Source of the DNA: an uncultured Gammaproteobacteria bacterium
GTDB lineage: Bacteria > Pseudomonadota > Gammaproteobacteria > Poriferisulfidales > GCA-002705445
Direction of reading: 5' to 3'
DNA: 64,000 nt
Assembly (NCBI GenBank): GCA_913065025.1
Contig: CAJYAP010000001.1
Span: forward strand, 49,545 to 113,544
Positions 18,544 to 28,586 of this stretch are shown here, piece by piece. Positions within the stretch are counted from its first letter, which is position 1. Each line of letters starts with the position of its first letter. Both the position numbers and the translations under genes were made by a program. Under the pieces are notes generated by a model. The model ran no database searches, was not told the origin of the DNA, and saw nothing but the letters and a program-made list of their open reading frames with translations.

Positions 18544-19926
18544 TTAGTTTTTCTTTAACGTTAGTTTTTTAGCTAAACCTATGTAGTCTTTTGGCTCTAA
18601 CTTAAGTAATTTAGCTTTTATTGTTTTATTTAAATCGGATTTATTAATAATATCTTTAATTACGTCTTTATTTATTTCTTTACCTCTCGTTGCTTCCTTA
18701 ATAATATCGTAACTGTTGTCTACATTGTGGTATCTCATTACCGTCATTATTGGTTCAGCTAATATTTCCCAACTCATAGCTAAGTCTTCATTTATTTTTA
18801 AAAGATTAATATCAATTTTATTCATTCCTTTAATTAGCGACGATATTGATATATAAAAATGTGAATATATAACACCTAAATTTCTCAGAACCGTCGAGTC
18901 TGTGAGATCACGCTGAAGTCTTGACGACATTAATTTTCTACTTATTGATTGAGAAAGAGCAGAAGTAATCTCTAAGTTACCCTCAGCATTTTCAAAGTTT
19001 ATTGGGTTAACTTTATGTGGCATTGTGGAAGATCCAACCTCAGATTTAATATTTTTTTGTTTAATGTAATCTAACATTATATAAATCCACATGTCCTTTG
19101 AAAAATCTAAAAGTATATTTGAGATCATAGTTATATCGTTAAGAGATTCAGCAAGCCAATCATGATTTTCTATTTGAGTTGTATATTGATTTTGTTTGAG
19201 ACCTATACTTTTTAGAAATTTTTTTGTCTCAATATCCCAATTTATTTCAGGAAGAACAAAATGATGCGCATTGTAGTTCCCAACAGCTCCATTCATTTTT
19301 GCAAAAATATCTCTCTTTTTCATATATATGAATTGTTTTTCAATTCTCGATGTGAATACCTTTAACTCTTTACCAAATGATGTTGGTGATGCTTTTTGGC
19401 CATGTGTCCTTGATAGCATTGGTATGTTTGCGTATTTAATTTCATATGTTTTTATAATCTTACAAAGATCACTAATTTTTTTAAGAAGAATTTCTCTAGT
19501 ATCTTTGTACATCAAAGCATATGAAATATTATTAATATCTTCTGATGTTGCACAAAAATGTATTAGTTCTTTTTTATTTTTAAGAGTTTTGTGACTATCG
19601 AATTTACTTTTTAGAAAATACTCCACAGATTTGACATCATGATTTGTTTTTTTTTCTATATCTTTTATTTTAATAGCGTCTTTTATACTAAACTCTTTAT
19701 CAATTTTTAGTAAATAGTCTTTTTCAGATTTATTTAAACTAAATTTTTTCTTAATAGGAGCTAACGAAGATAAAAAAATAAACCACTTTATTTCAATATA
19801 GAGTCTTTTTTTAATTAAACCATATTCACTATTGATGTCACTTATTTTTTCATCAATTTGTGATGCATACCTTCCGTCTATTGGAGATATCGCTTTTAGT
19901 GAGAATTCATTATTTTTATTAGTCAT
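18544..19926 (-). CDS. purB: Adenylosuccinate lyase
   Basis: 460 aa. SPIDGRY motif near the N-terminus and the fumarate-lyase signature SSTMPHKVNPI. Confidence 0.9.
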   Translation of the reverse strand: MTNKNNEFSLKAISPIDGRYASQIDEKISDINSEYGLIKKRLYIEIKWFIFLSSLAPIKKKFSLNKSEKDYLLKIDKEFSIKDAIKIKDIEKKTNHDVKSVEYFLKSKFDSHKTLKNKKELIHFCATSEDINNISYALMYKDTREILLKKISDLCKIIKTYEIKYANIPMLSRTHGQKASPTSFGKELKVFTSRIEKQFIYMKKRDIFAKMNGAVGNYNAHHFVLPEINWDIETKKFLKSIGLKQNQYTTQIENHDWLAESLNDITMISNILLDFSKDMWIYIMLDYIKQKNIKSEVGSSTMPHKVNPINFENAEGNLEITSALSQSISRKLMSSRLQRDLTDSTVLRNLGVIYSHFYISISSLIKGMNKIDINLLKINEDLAMSWEILAEPIMTVMRYHNVDNSYDIIKEATRGKEINKDVIKDIINKSDLNKTIKAKLLKLEPKDYIGLAKKLTLKKN

Positions 19927-20005
19927 TTGTTAAGTTTGCAGTAGTAATATACGCTTAGATTATACTATAATTATATTAATAATGTTAAATAAGAGATATA
20001 ACAAT

Positions 20006-21397
20006 ATGAAAAAATCAAAAGTTAGTTATAGAATAGAAAGTGATAGCATGGGTGATGTAAAAATACCTAAAAACGCTTTGTACGGCCCACAAACTCAAAG
20101 AGCAGTTGATAATTTTGTTGTTAGTGATCTTATTATGCCGAAAGAATTTATCATAAGTACATTATTAATTAAAATAGCGGCAGCAAAAGCAAATTATAAA
20201 CTTGGTCTTTTAAATAAAAATATATCTGTTGCTATAACTAAAAGCGCTCAATTTTTAATTGAGTCATATGATGAAGGTAACTTCCCAATAGATGTATTTC
20301 AAACTGGTTCTGGTACAAGTACAAATATGAATGTAAACGAGGTAATTTCTAATATTTCAAAAAATAAGTTTAAGGTAAAAGTTCACCCAAATGATCATGT
20401 TAATATGTCGCAAAGTTCTAATGATGTAATACCTACTGCAATTAACCACTGCGCATATAGTCTAGCAATGACTAAATTACTTCCATCATTAAATACACTA
20501 TCTAAAGACATTGGTGCTAAAGAAAAAAAATTAGCTAGAGTTGTTAAAACTGGTAGAACGCATCTAATGGATGCAATGCCAATAACTTTTGGTCAAGAAT
20601 TATCAGGTTGGAGAGCTCAAATAGATGATAATATATCTAGTTTAAAAAATTGTCTTAAAAGGCTAAAAAGACTTCCTATTGGTGGAACCGCAGTAGGTAC
20701 TGGAATTAATGCCCATAAATTTTTTACAAAAGAATTTTTAAAGGCTTTAAATAATGGCAATAAAATTAAATATGTAGATAAAAAAAATAAATTTGAAGGC
20801 TTAAGCTCTCAAGACGATTCTGTTATATATAGCTCTCACCTTAAATCTATTGCGGTTTCTTTAATTAAGATATCTAACGATTTAAGATGGATGAATTCTG
20901 GACCAGGGTCTGGCATTTCGGACATTACTTTAAAAGCTTTGCAACCAGGTAGTAGTATTATGCCTGGAAAAGTTAATCCTGTGATATCAGAGTCTTCAAT
21001 AATGGCTTGTGCTCAAGTTATTGGAAATGACACCACAATAATGATTTGTGGGCAGTCAGGAAATTTTCAACTCAATGTAACCTTGCCAATTATTGCTTAT
21101 AATATTATTCAAAGTACAAATATAATTGCTAATATATCAATTAGCCTTGCAAAAAAATCTATTATTAATTTTGAAGTAAATAACTCTGCTATTCAAAAAT
21201 CTGTTAGCTCAAATCCAATTTTAGTAACAGCTTTAAATAGGATTATTGGTTATGAAAAAGGTGCTTATATTGCAAAAAAAGCATACAAACTTGGAAAACC
21301 AATTATTGATGTAGCGCTTGAAGAAACTAACTTGTCAGAAAAAGATCTAAAGAAAATATTAGATCCTTTAGCACTAACAAAAGGTGGCATAAAATAA
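20006..21397 (+). CDS. fumC: Class II fumarate hydratase (aspartase/fumarase family; FumC more likely than AspA)
   Basis: GSGTSTNMNVNEV and GSSIMPGKVNP signatures. The N-terminal GPQTQRAVDNF resembles the FumC 'AQTQRS' segment rather than the AspA 'VHTLRA' segment. Start chosen at the internal ATG 20006 (MKKSKVSYRIESDSMG), which aligns with the FumC N-terminus; the ORF opens at 19982. Confidence 0.7.
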   Translation: MKKSKVSYRIESDSMGDVKIPKNALYGPQTQRAVDNFVVSDLIMPKEFIISTLLIKIAAAKANYKLGLLNKNISVAITKSAQFLIESYDEGNFPIDVFQTGSGTSTNMNVNEVISNISKNKFKVKVHPNDHVNMSQSSNDVIPTAINHCAYSLAMTKLLPSLNTLSKDIGAKEKKLARVVKTGRTHLMDAMPITFGQELSGWRAQIDDNISSLKNCLKRLKRLPIGGTAVGTGINAHKFFTKEFLKALNNGNKIKYVDKKNKFEGLSSQDDSVIYSSHLKSIAVSLIKISNDLRWMNSGPGSGISDITLKALQPGSSIMPGKVNPVISESSIMACAQVIGNDTTIMICGQSGNFQLNVTLPIIAYNIIQSTNIIANISISLAKKSIINFEVNNSAIQKSVSSNPILVTALNRIIGYEKGAYIAKKAYKLGKPIIDVALEETNLSEKDLKKILDPLALTKGGIK

Positions 21398-21398
21398 T

Positions 21399-24035
21399 TT
21401 AAGCAGCTATTTGTTTTAATACGTATTGTAAGATTCCACCACTTTTAAAATATTTAACTTCTTGAGGAGTATCTATTCTAACATTTACCTCAAATAAAAT
21501 TTTTTCTTTGCCATTGTCTGCTTCAATTTTTACAGTTTTTGCTTCACCGCTTTTTATTCCACTTATAGTGAATTCTTCTGTTCCATTCAAACCATGAGTT
21601 TCTGCATTCTCACCTTCTTTAAACTGAAGGGGAAGTATCCCCATACCAACAAGATTAGACCTGTGAATTCTTTCAAAACTCTCTGTAAGTACAGCAGCTA
21701 CGCCTTGCAGCTTGGGACCTTTTGCAGCCCAATCTCTAGACGACCCACTACCATATTCTTTACCTGCTATAATTATTGTTGGAACTGATTCTTTTTTATA
21801 TTCCATTGCGGCATCAAAAATCGCCATTTCTTTATTTGATGGCATATGAATTGTATACCCACCTTCAATATGAGGTACAAGTTTATTTTTTAATCTTATA
21901 TTGGCAAAAGTTCCTCTCATCATTACTTGGTGATTTCCTCTTCTTGAGCCGTATGAATTAAATTGATTTGGATTAACATTCTTACTAACTAAATATTTAC
22001 CTGCAGGACTATCTTCTTTGATATTTCCTGCTGGGGATATGTGGTCCGTAGTAACAGAGTCACCTAAGTATGCGAGTACTCTCGCTGATTTAATTTCGTC
22101 TATTACTAAATCTTTATCAGACATATTTTCAAAATATGGTGGGTTTGCTATATAAGTTGAATCGTCCCACTCATACTGATTATTTTCTGTGACATCAATA
22201 TTTTTCCATTCTTTTTCACCGTCATAAATATTCTCATAAGACTTTCTGAATTGTTCAGAAGTTAGGGAAGACTTTAATATTTCATTAATTTCAGTGTTAG
22301 AAGGCCATATATCTTTTAAAAATATATCTCTTCCGTCCTCAGTAGTTGAAATCGGTTCTGATGTAATATCAATATTCATTGAACCAGCTATTGCATATGC
22401 TATGACTAAAGGCGGAGAAGCCAAATAATTTAATTTTACTTCGGCATGCACTCTTCCTTCAAAGTTTCTATTACCAGATAATACAGAAGCAGCTACTAAA
22501 TTATTTTCTTTTATTCCATCACTAATTTCTTTAATTAGTGGCCCTGAGTTCCCTATGCATGTTGCACAACCGTAACCAACATTATGAAAACCAAGTTCTT
22601 CCATTGGCTTTAGAAGATTTGAATTTTTTAGATACTCGGTTACAACCATTGATCCTGGGGCAAGAGAAGTTTTTACCCATGGTTTTCTTTTAAGACCAAG
22701 AGCTCTTGCTTTTTTTGCAACTAGTCCAGCAGCAACCATAACTCCAGGATTTGATGTATTTGTACATGATGTAATTGCTGCAATTACAATATCTCCATTA
22801 TTAATTTTGAAGTTTTCACCATCAATAATAATTTCTGATGCTTTATTTTTTGGATCCATTATTTTAAGTTCTTTTCTGCATGATGCTTTAGCATCTTTTA
22901 GATTAATTCTATCCTGAGGCCTTTTTGGTCCAGCTATTGAAGGCAAAACTTTGGATACATCTAGTTCTATATTCTCTGAATATACCGCATTATCACAATC
23001 AGATCTTGTTAGACCAACAGTTTCTGAATATTTCTTTATTAAATTAATCTGGTTTTCGCTTCTATTAGATAATTTCATGTAATCTAAAGTTTCTTTATCA
23101 ATTGGGAATATTCCACAAGTTGCTCCGTATTCTGGAGCCATATTTGCTATTGTGGCTCTATCTCCTAGGGACAAGTTGTCAAGTCCATCACCATAAAATT
23201 CAACAAATTTACCAACAACCCCATGATTTCTAAGCATCTCAACAATATTTAAAACAAGGTCTGTAGCTGTTATACCTTCAGAGACTTTTCCTGTTAGTTT
23301 AAATCCAACCACTTTTGGGATTAACATAGAAATTGGTTGTCCAAGCATTGAAGCTTCTGCTTCAATTCCACCTACACCCCAACCAAGAACTCCAATACCA
23401 TTTATCATGGTTGTATGAGAATCTGTTCCAACAACAGTATCTGGATAAGCATAGTTACTTCCATCAATATTTTTAGTAAAAACACATCTTGCTAAGAACT
23501 CTATATTTATCTGGTGTACAATACCTGTGTCAGGTGGAACAACTTTAAAATTTGAAAATGCTGACTGCCCCCATTTTAAAAATTTATATCTTTCAGAATT
23601 TCTTTCATATTCAAGCTTAGCATTTAAATCAAATGCTTTATCACTTCCAAAATTATCTACCTGAACAGAATGGTCTATAACTAGTTCAGCAGGTTGCAAA
23701 GGATTTATATCATTCGGACTTTTACCAAGTTTTTTAATAGCATCTCTCATAGCCGCCAAATCGACAACTGCAGGGACACCTGTAAAATCTTGCATCAGCA
23801 CTCTTGCCGGTCTATAAGCTATTTCTTTAACTGTTGCATAATTATGCCAATCAATTATTGACTCAATATCTTTTTTTGTAACAGTCAAATCATCCTCATT
23901 TCTCACAAGATTTTCTAACAAAATTTTTATTGAATAGGGTAGTTTATCTACACCTTTAATTTTTGATATGTCAAATATAGTATAGTTTTCTTTTCCACAT
24001 GTTATTTCTGTTTTTGTATTAAAGCTATTCTTCAT
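21399..24035 (-). CDS. acnA: Aconitate hydratase A
   Basis: 878 aa. Fe-S cluster ligand region (SCTNTSNP, CATCIGNSG) and swivel domain. Convergent with fumC, with 1 nt between stops. Confidence 0.9.
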   Translation of the reverse strand: MKNSFNTKTEITCGKENYTIFDISKIKGVDKLPYSIKILLENLVRNEDDLTVTKKDIESIIDWHNYATVKEIAYRPARVLMQDFTGVPAVVDLAAMRDAIKKLGKSPNDINPLQPAELVIDHSVQVDNFGSDKAFDLNAKLEYERNSERYKFLKWGQSAFSNFKVVPPDTGIVHQINIEFLARCVFTKNIDGSNYAYPDTVVGTDSHTTMINGIGVLGWGVGGIEAEASMLGQPISMLIPKVVGFKLTGKVSEGITATDLVLNIVEMLRNHGVVGKFVEFYGDGLDNLSLGDRATIANMAPEYGATCGIFPIDKETLDYMKLSNRSENQINLIKKYSETVGLTRSDCDNAVYSENIELDVSKVLPSIAGPKRPQDRINLKDAKASCRKELKIMDPKNKASEIIIDGENFKINNGDIVIAAITSCTNTSNPGVMVAAGLVAKKARALGLKRKPWVKTSLAPGSMVVTEYLKNSNLLKPMEELGFHNVGYGCATCIGNSGPLIKEISDGIKENNLVAASVLSGNRNFEGRVHAEVKLNYLASPPLVIAYAIAGSMNIDITSEPISTTEDGRDIFLKDIWPSNTEINEILKSSLTSEQFRKSYENIYDGEKEWKNIDVTENNQYEWDDSTYIANPPYFENMSDKDLVIDEIKSARVLAYLGDSVTTDHISPAGNIKEDSPAGKYLVSKNVNPNQFNSYGSRRGNHQVMMRGTFANIRLKNKLVPHIEGGYTIHMPSNKEMAIFDAAMEYKKESVPTIIIAGKEYGSGSSRDWAAKGPKLQGVAAVLTESFERIHRSNLVGMGILPLQFKEGENAETHGLNGTEEFTISGIKSGEAKTVKIEADNGKEKILFEVNVRIDTPQEVKYFKSGGILQYVLKQIAA

Positions 24036-24057
24036 TAAAATTTATCCTTGTTTTAAA

Positions 24058-24666
24058 TTAACTAAAAAAGTTGTCGCACTTACTGAGAATTTCTTTTCTC
24101 CTAAACATCAGCTGCCATTTTGATCCACCATGATATTCCCACAAAAAGGTAGCTCTTATCCCACTTAACAATAAAGCTCTTATTAAAGAAGAATTTTTCT
24201 CTAAATATTCTTTTTTCCCAGATATTACAACTCTAGGCCTGATGATACCTATATATTCTGTATAAATTTCTTCAGAATATGTAACTAGGTCATTTAGATT
24301 TGTAGCTATCATACTATCTTCTTGGTAATTATCAATTTTTTTTCCGATCAAACCTTTTAAGTCACTGATTTTATTTATATTTTTTTGTATCAAAATTATA
24401 TTTAAAGCATACTTTTGCATAGTAATTATTGATATATTGTTTTTACCTTTTAGAATTTGTTTTAAAAGATTATGACCATCCATTAGATTTTTACAATCAC
24501 CATATATGTCTTTTGTTTCAAAAGTATTTTTTAAATAAATACTTTTGAGAAGATTCTCTGATGCCGATAAAGCATCATAATCTGTGGTAGCTATTTTATT
24601 AACAAGATAAACACTCTGAAGCAAAGCCGATAAAGAAAAAATATAATTTCTGTCGATTTTAATCAT
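24058..24666 (-). CDS. hflD: HflD-like protein (high-frequency-lysogenization protein D family)
   Basis: 202 aa, immediately downstream of mnmA and overlapping it by 8 nt, exactly as hflD follows mnmA in enterobacteria. Sequence similarity is weak, so the call rests mainly on position. Confidence 0.5.
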   Translation of the reverse strand: MIKIDRNYIFSLSALLQSVYLVNKIATTDYDALSASENLLKSIYLKNTFETKDIYGDCKNLMDGHNLLKQILKGKNNISIITMQKYALNIILIQKNINKISDLKGLIGKKIDNYQEDSMIATNLNDLVTYSEEIYTEYIGIIRPRVVISGKKEYLEKNSSLIRALLLSGIRATFLWEYHGGSKWQLMFRRKEILSKCDNFFS

Positions 24667-25738
24667 TTGTTATTATCCCGCCACCTAAACATTTATTACC
24701 ATCAAAAATCACAAGCGACTGGCCTGGAGCTGGAGCTCTTATAGGTTCTTGAGATTTAACAGAATATAAATTTTTACTTATTTTTACTATGGTGCATTTA
24801 TATTTTTCTCCAAGATGCCTAATTTGGCATTTAAGATTTTTATTTAAAATATCATTATTATTATTAGTTATAATTTCTAAAGCATTAATTAAAATAGTTT
24901 TGTGAAATAAAAGAGGATTTGAGTTTCCCTGACAAACGTAAAGATTATTGTTTATTAAATCTTTTTTATATACATACCAAGGCAAATTTTTAGTATTTTT
25001 CATACCTCCAATTCCTATGCCTTCTCTCTGACCAATTGTTGTATAAAACATACCATTATGTTTTCCAATAATCTTATTATTTTCATCTAATATATTACCG
25101 GAAATGTTTTTTATATAATTACTAATAAAATCTTTAAATTTTTTATTGCCGATAAAACAAATACCCATACTTTCCTTTTTGTTATGTGATTTAAAACCTG
25201 AGTCTTTTGCAATTTTTTTAACTTCTTTTTTTTCTATATCAGAAAGTGGAAATATAACTTTTGATAATTGATCCTGACTTAATGTGTGTAAAAAATAAGT
25301 TTGATCTTTGCGAATATCCTTGGGAGTTGTAAGATAATATGCAGAATTTTCAATAACTATTTTTGCATAATGCCCAGTTGCTATTTTGTTTGCACCAAGG
25401 CTTCTCGCATGATCTGTAAAAACTTTAAATTTTATATATTTATTGCATAGTATATCTGGGTTTGGTGTATATCCATTTTTATAGCTATCAACAAAATCTA
25501 AAAAAATATTATTCCAGTATTCGTCAGAAAAATTAGCTGTATGGAGCTTAATATTTAATTTATCACAAGCATCTTTAGCATATATTAAATCTTCTTTGGC
25601 ATTACAGCCATTGGAATCATCCTCATCCCAGTTCTTCATAAATAAAGCTTCTACATTAAAGCCCTGATCATGCAAAATTTTTAGTGATACGGTTGAATCA
25701 ACTCCACCAGATATACCTATAATAATCTTTTCATTCAT
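24659..25738 (-). CDS. mnmA: tRNA-specific 2-thiouridylase MnmA
   Basis: PP-loop IIIGISGGVDSTVS and the catalytic cysteines of MnmA. 359 aa. Confidence 0.9.
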   Translation of the reverse strand: MNEKIIIGISGGVDSTVSLKILHDQGFNVEALFMKNWDEDDSNGCNAKEDLIYAKDACDKLNIKLHTANFSDEYWNNIFLDFVDSYKNGYTPNPDILCNKYIKFKVFTDHARSLGANKIATGHYAKIVIENSAYYLTTPKDIRKDQTYFLHTLSQDQLSKVIFPLSDIEKKEVKKIAKDSGFKSHNKKESMGICFIGNKKFKDFISNYIKNISGNILDENNKIIGKHNGMFYTTIGQREGIGIGGMKNTKNLPWYVYKKDLINNNLYVCQGNSNPLLFHKTILINALEIITNNNNDILNKNLKCQIRHLGEKYKCTIVKISKNLYSVKSQEPIRAPAPGQSLVIFDGNKCLGGGIITND

Positions 25739-26187
25739 TTTTCTAATAAACTACTAATAATTTCTTTGGGAAATTTTTTACCAGCATTGTAATCATCTAT
25801 GCATTTTATAACCATATTGCTTCTTAAATTAATGTTTGGATTTAGTATCGCATCTCTTGGGAGCCATATTTTTCTTATAATATTTTTATCTAGTTCTCCG
25901 TTGGCTATCTCTTGTTTAATTGAGCATTTAAAGCAAAACCTAAGCCACATATCGAGAGAATTTTTATTTCTTTCTTGATATATCCCAACTAAATAATCAA
26001 CTTTAACTTCGTATAAAGTTTCTTCTAGCGTTTCTCTTATGCAACCTTCTTCTAGAGTTTCATGTTCTTCTAAGTGTCCTGCTGGTTGGTTAATAACTTT
26101 TGTATCATTAACATATTCTTCAACAAATAAAAATTTATTATCTTGTTCAATTATTGATGCAACTGTAATGTGAGGTACCCATGACAT
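25735..26187 (-). CDS. NUDIX hydrolase (NudJ-like by position)
   Basis: Nudix box GHLEEHETLEEGCIRETLEETLYEV. Sits upstream of mnmA, as nudJ does in E. coli. Confidence 0.7.
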   Translation of the reverse strand: MSWVPHITVASIIEQDNKFLFVEEYVNDTKVINQPAGHLEEHETLEEGCIRETLEETLYEVKVDYLVGIYQERNKNSLDMWLRFCFKCSIKQEIANGELDKNIIRKIWLPRDAILNPNINLRSNMVIKCIDDYNAGKKFPKEIISSLLEK

Positions 26188-26204
26188 TTTATATCTTTGA
26201 AGTT

Positions 26205-26423
26205 TTATCTATCTCTAAAGGTAATTCTACCTTTAGTTAAATCATACGGTGTTAACGCAACTGTTACTTTATCGCCAGTTAAAATTCTTATGTAATTTTT
26301 TCTCATTTTCCCAGAGATGTGCGCAGTTACAATATGCCCATTTTCTAATTCAACTCTGAACATAGTATTTGGTAGAGTATCTACAACAGTTCCTTCCATT
26401 TCTATATGTTCTTCTTTCGCCAT
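26205..26423 (-). CDS. infA: Translation initiation factor IF-1
   Basis: 72 aa, essentially identical in pattern to E. coli IF-1 ([65 protein letters not shown]). Confidence 0.95.
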   Translation of the reverse strand: MAKEEHIEMEGTVVDTLPNTMFRVELENGHIVTAHISGKMRKNYIRILTGDKVTVALTPYDLTKGRITFRDR

Positions 26424-26572
26424 AATTTTTGTTTGATAAAATTAAGTATTGTATTATTTTTGTTTTTAAGTTAAAAAACTTAATAGAAAGTATAGCAGAA
26501 TTTTTTTTTATTAGTATATATGCTTTAAACGAAAATATAGTTTTGTAAATTTAATTTCATGGGGACAAATAA

Positions 26573-27499
26573 ATGAGTTTAGGTGTGTTATTTCCAGGGC
26601 AAGGTTCTCAAAGCATAGGTATGTTAAAAGATTTAAAATCATCTTACAGTATTGTTTCTGAAGTATTCGAAGAAGCCTCTGACTTATTATCATGTGATTT
26701 ATGGAAAATCACGAAAAATGGACCAGAATCAAAAATTAATGATACAGAATTTACACAGCCAATTATGTTATGTGCTGCATTCTCTATATGGAAAATATGG
26801 AATGAGGAGGGTGGAGATTCTCCTATTTATATAGCAGGACATAGTTTTGGTGAGTATACGGCTCTTTGCGCATCAGGGTCTTTAAAATTTAAAGATGCTA
26901 TAAAACTTGTTAAAAAAAGAGCTGAGTGTATGAAAAACGCGCCTAAAGGCAAAATGTCAGCAATAATTGGTATTGATTTTCATAAACTTAAGCAGTTGCA
27001 TGAAGAAAATACTTTAAGTGAAGTTAGTATTGCTAACATTAATGCTCCTGGCCAAATTGTAATATCCGGCACTGAAGAAGGTGTTTCTCAACTATCAGAA
27101 TTGGCTTTGTCAAATAAAGCAAAAAGAGTCATACCAATCCCTGTAAGTGTAGCAGCACATTCATCATTAATGATTGATCAGTCAAAAATATTCAAAGATT
27201 TTGTTGATAAAGTTAAAATTTCTGATCCAACCATACCAGTTGTTAATAACGTTGATGTAAAGTGCGAGATAAACGAGGCATTAATAAAAGACGCATTAGT
27301 TAGACAATTATACTCGTCTGTTAGATGGGTTGAAACTATAGAGTATATGGAACAAGAAGGTGTTGATTTTATGCTTGAATTAGGCCCTGGCAAGGTTCTC
27401 ACATCTTTTAACAAAAGAATTGATAATAGTATAAACTCAATATCTGTATCAGATTCTAATAGTTTAGAAACAGCACTGGAGACATTAGGCAACTTATGA
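26573..27499 (+). CDS. fabD: Malonyl-CoA:ACP transacylase
   Basis: FPGQGSQ and the active-site GHSFGEY motif. First gene of the fabD-fabG-acpP-fabF block. Confidence 0.9.
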   Translation: MSLGVLFPGQGSQSIGMLKDLKSSYSIVSEVFEEASDLLSCDLWKITKNGPESKINDTEFTQPIMLCAAFSIWKIWNEEGGDSPIYIAGHSFGEYTALCASGSLKFKDAIKLVKKRAECMKNAPKGKMSAIIGIDFHKLKQLHEENTLSEVSIANINAPGQIVISGTEEGVSQLSELALSNKAKRVIPIPVSVAAHSSLMIDQSKIFKDFVDKVKISDPTIPVVNNVDVKCEINEALIKDALVRQLYSSVRWVETIEYMEQEGVDFMLELGPGKVLTSFNKRIDNSINSISVSDSNSLETALETLGNL

Positions 27500-28239
27500 G
27501 TGATAAAAAAATAGTGTTAATAACGGGAGCTACAAGAGGAATAGGTCTGGCTATAGCAAAAGAAATGGCCAAAAATAATTATATAGTTCTTGGAACTGGA
27601 ACAAGTAAAAGTTCGGCAACATTGCTAGAAAACGTGTTTGAGAAACATAATATTGATGGTAAAGCTTATATATTAGATATTAAGAGTCAGGAATCTGTTA
27701 ATAAGCTGTTTGATAGTATTAATGTGGACTATTCAAACACTCCTGATATTTTAATAAATAACGCAGGAGTTACTAATGATAGCCTATTTATACGTATGGA
27801 TGAAAATCAGTGGTTAGATACCATAGAAACAAATATAAATTCTTTATATAGAGTCTCAAAAACATTTGTTAAACCTATGATAAAAAAGAGAAATGGAAGA
27901 ATCATATGTATATCTTCAGTTGTTGCTAGTACTGGAAATGCCGGGCAAACTAATTATGTAACAACAAAGTCAGGTATGATAGGATTCTGTAAATCTTTAG
28001 CTAGAGAGGTTGCTACTAGAGGAATTACAGTTAATTGCGTTTCGCCTGGTTTTATAGAGACTGATATGACCAATAAACTTAATGATGTGCAAAAAGAGCA
28101 AATTTCAAAAAATATCCCAATGAATAATATGGGTAATCCAGATGATATTGCATATGCAGTATCATTTTTAGCTTCAGACAAGGCGTCTTATATAACTGGT
28201 GAGACAATAAATGTTAATGGAGGCTTATTCATGCAATAG
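27496..28239 (+). CDS. fabG: 3-oxoacyl-ACP reductase
   Basis: SDR with TGATRGIGLAIA, NAG and the YxxxK (YVTTKSG) catalytic motif. Confidence 0.9.
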   Translation: MSDKKIVLITGATRGIGLAIAKEMAKNNYIVLGTGTSKSSATLLENVFEKHNIDGKAYILDIKSQESVNKLFDSINVDYSNTPDILINNAGVTNDSLFIRMDENQWLDTIETNINSLYRVSKTFVKPMIKKRNGRIICISSVVASTGNAGQTNYVTTKSGMIGFCKSLAREVATRGITVNCVSPGFIETDMTNKLNDVQKEQISKNIPMNNMGNPDDIAYAVSFLASDKASYITGETINVNGGLFMQ

Positions 28240-28320
28240 TAATCATTTCTGGATTATCTTGCATATATTTAATAGAATGAGCCAGTTTTTAAACAAGCAT
28301 GACAACAAATAGGGGACAGC

Positions 28321-28554
28321 ATGAGTAATGAAGATAGAGTAAAGAAAGTAATAATGGAGCAATTGGGCGTGAAAGAAGATCAAATTACAGAAAATGCTTC
28401 TTTTGTAGATGACCTTGGTGCAGACTCATTAGATACTGTAGAACTAGTTATGGCCTTAGAAGAAGAATTTGATTGCGAAATTCCCGATGAGGAAGCGGAA
28501 AAAATAACAACTGTCGCGCAAGCTAATGCGTATGTGCAAGCAAATAGTAAATAA
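28321..28554 (+). CDS. acpP: Acyl carrier protein
   Basis: 77 aa, with the phosphopantetheine-attachment motif [20 protein letters not shown]. Confidence 0.95.
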   Translation: MSNEDRVKKVIMEQLGVKEDQITENASFVDDLGADSLDTVELVMALEEEFDCEIPDEEAEKITTVAQANAYVQANSK

Positions 28555-28586
28555 GTTTAATATATTCATAAATAAATAAATTTAAG

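Noticed and set aside
28240-28320. Possible sigma70 promoter or attenuator upstream of acpP
   Set aside because: TTGCAT and TAGAAT-like hexamers are present but only 8 nt apart, and no convincing hairpin was found.
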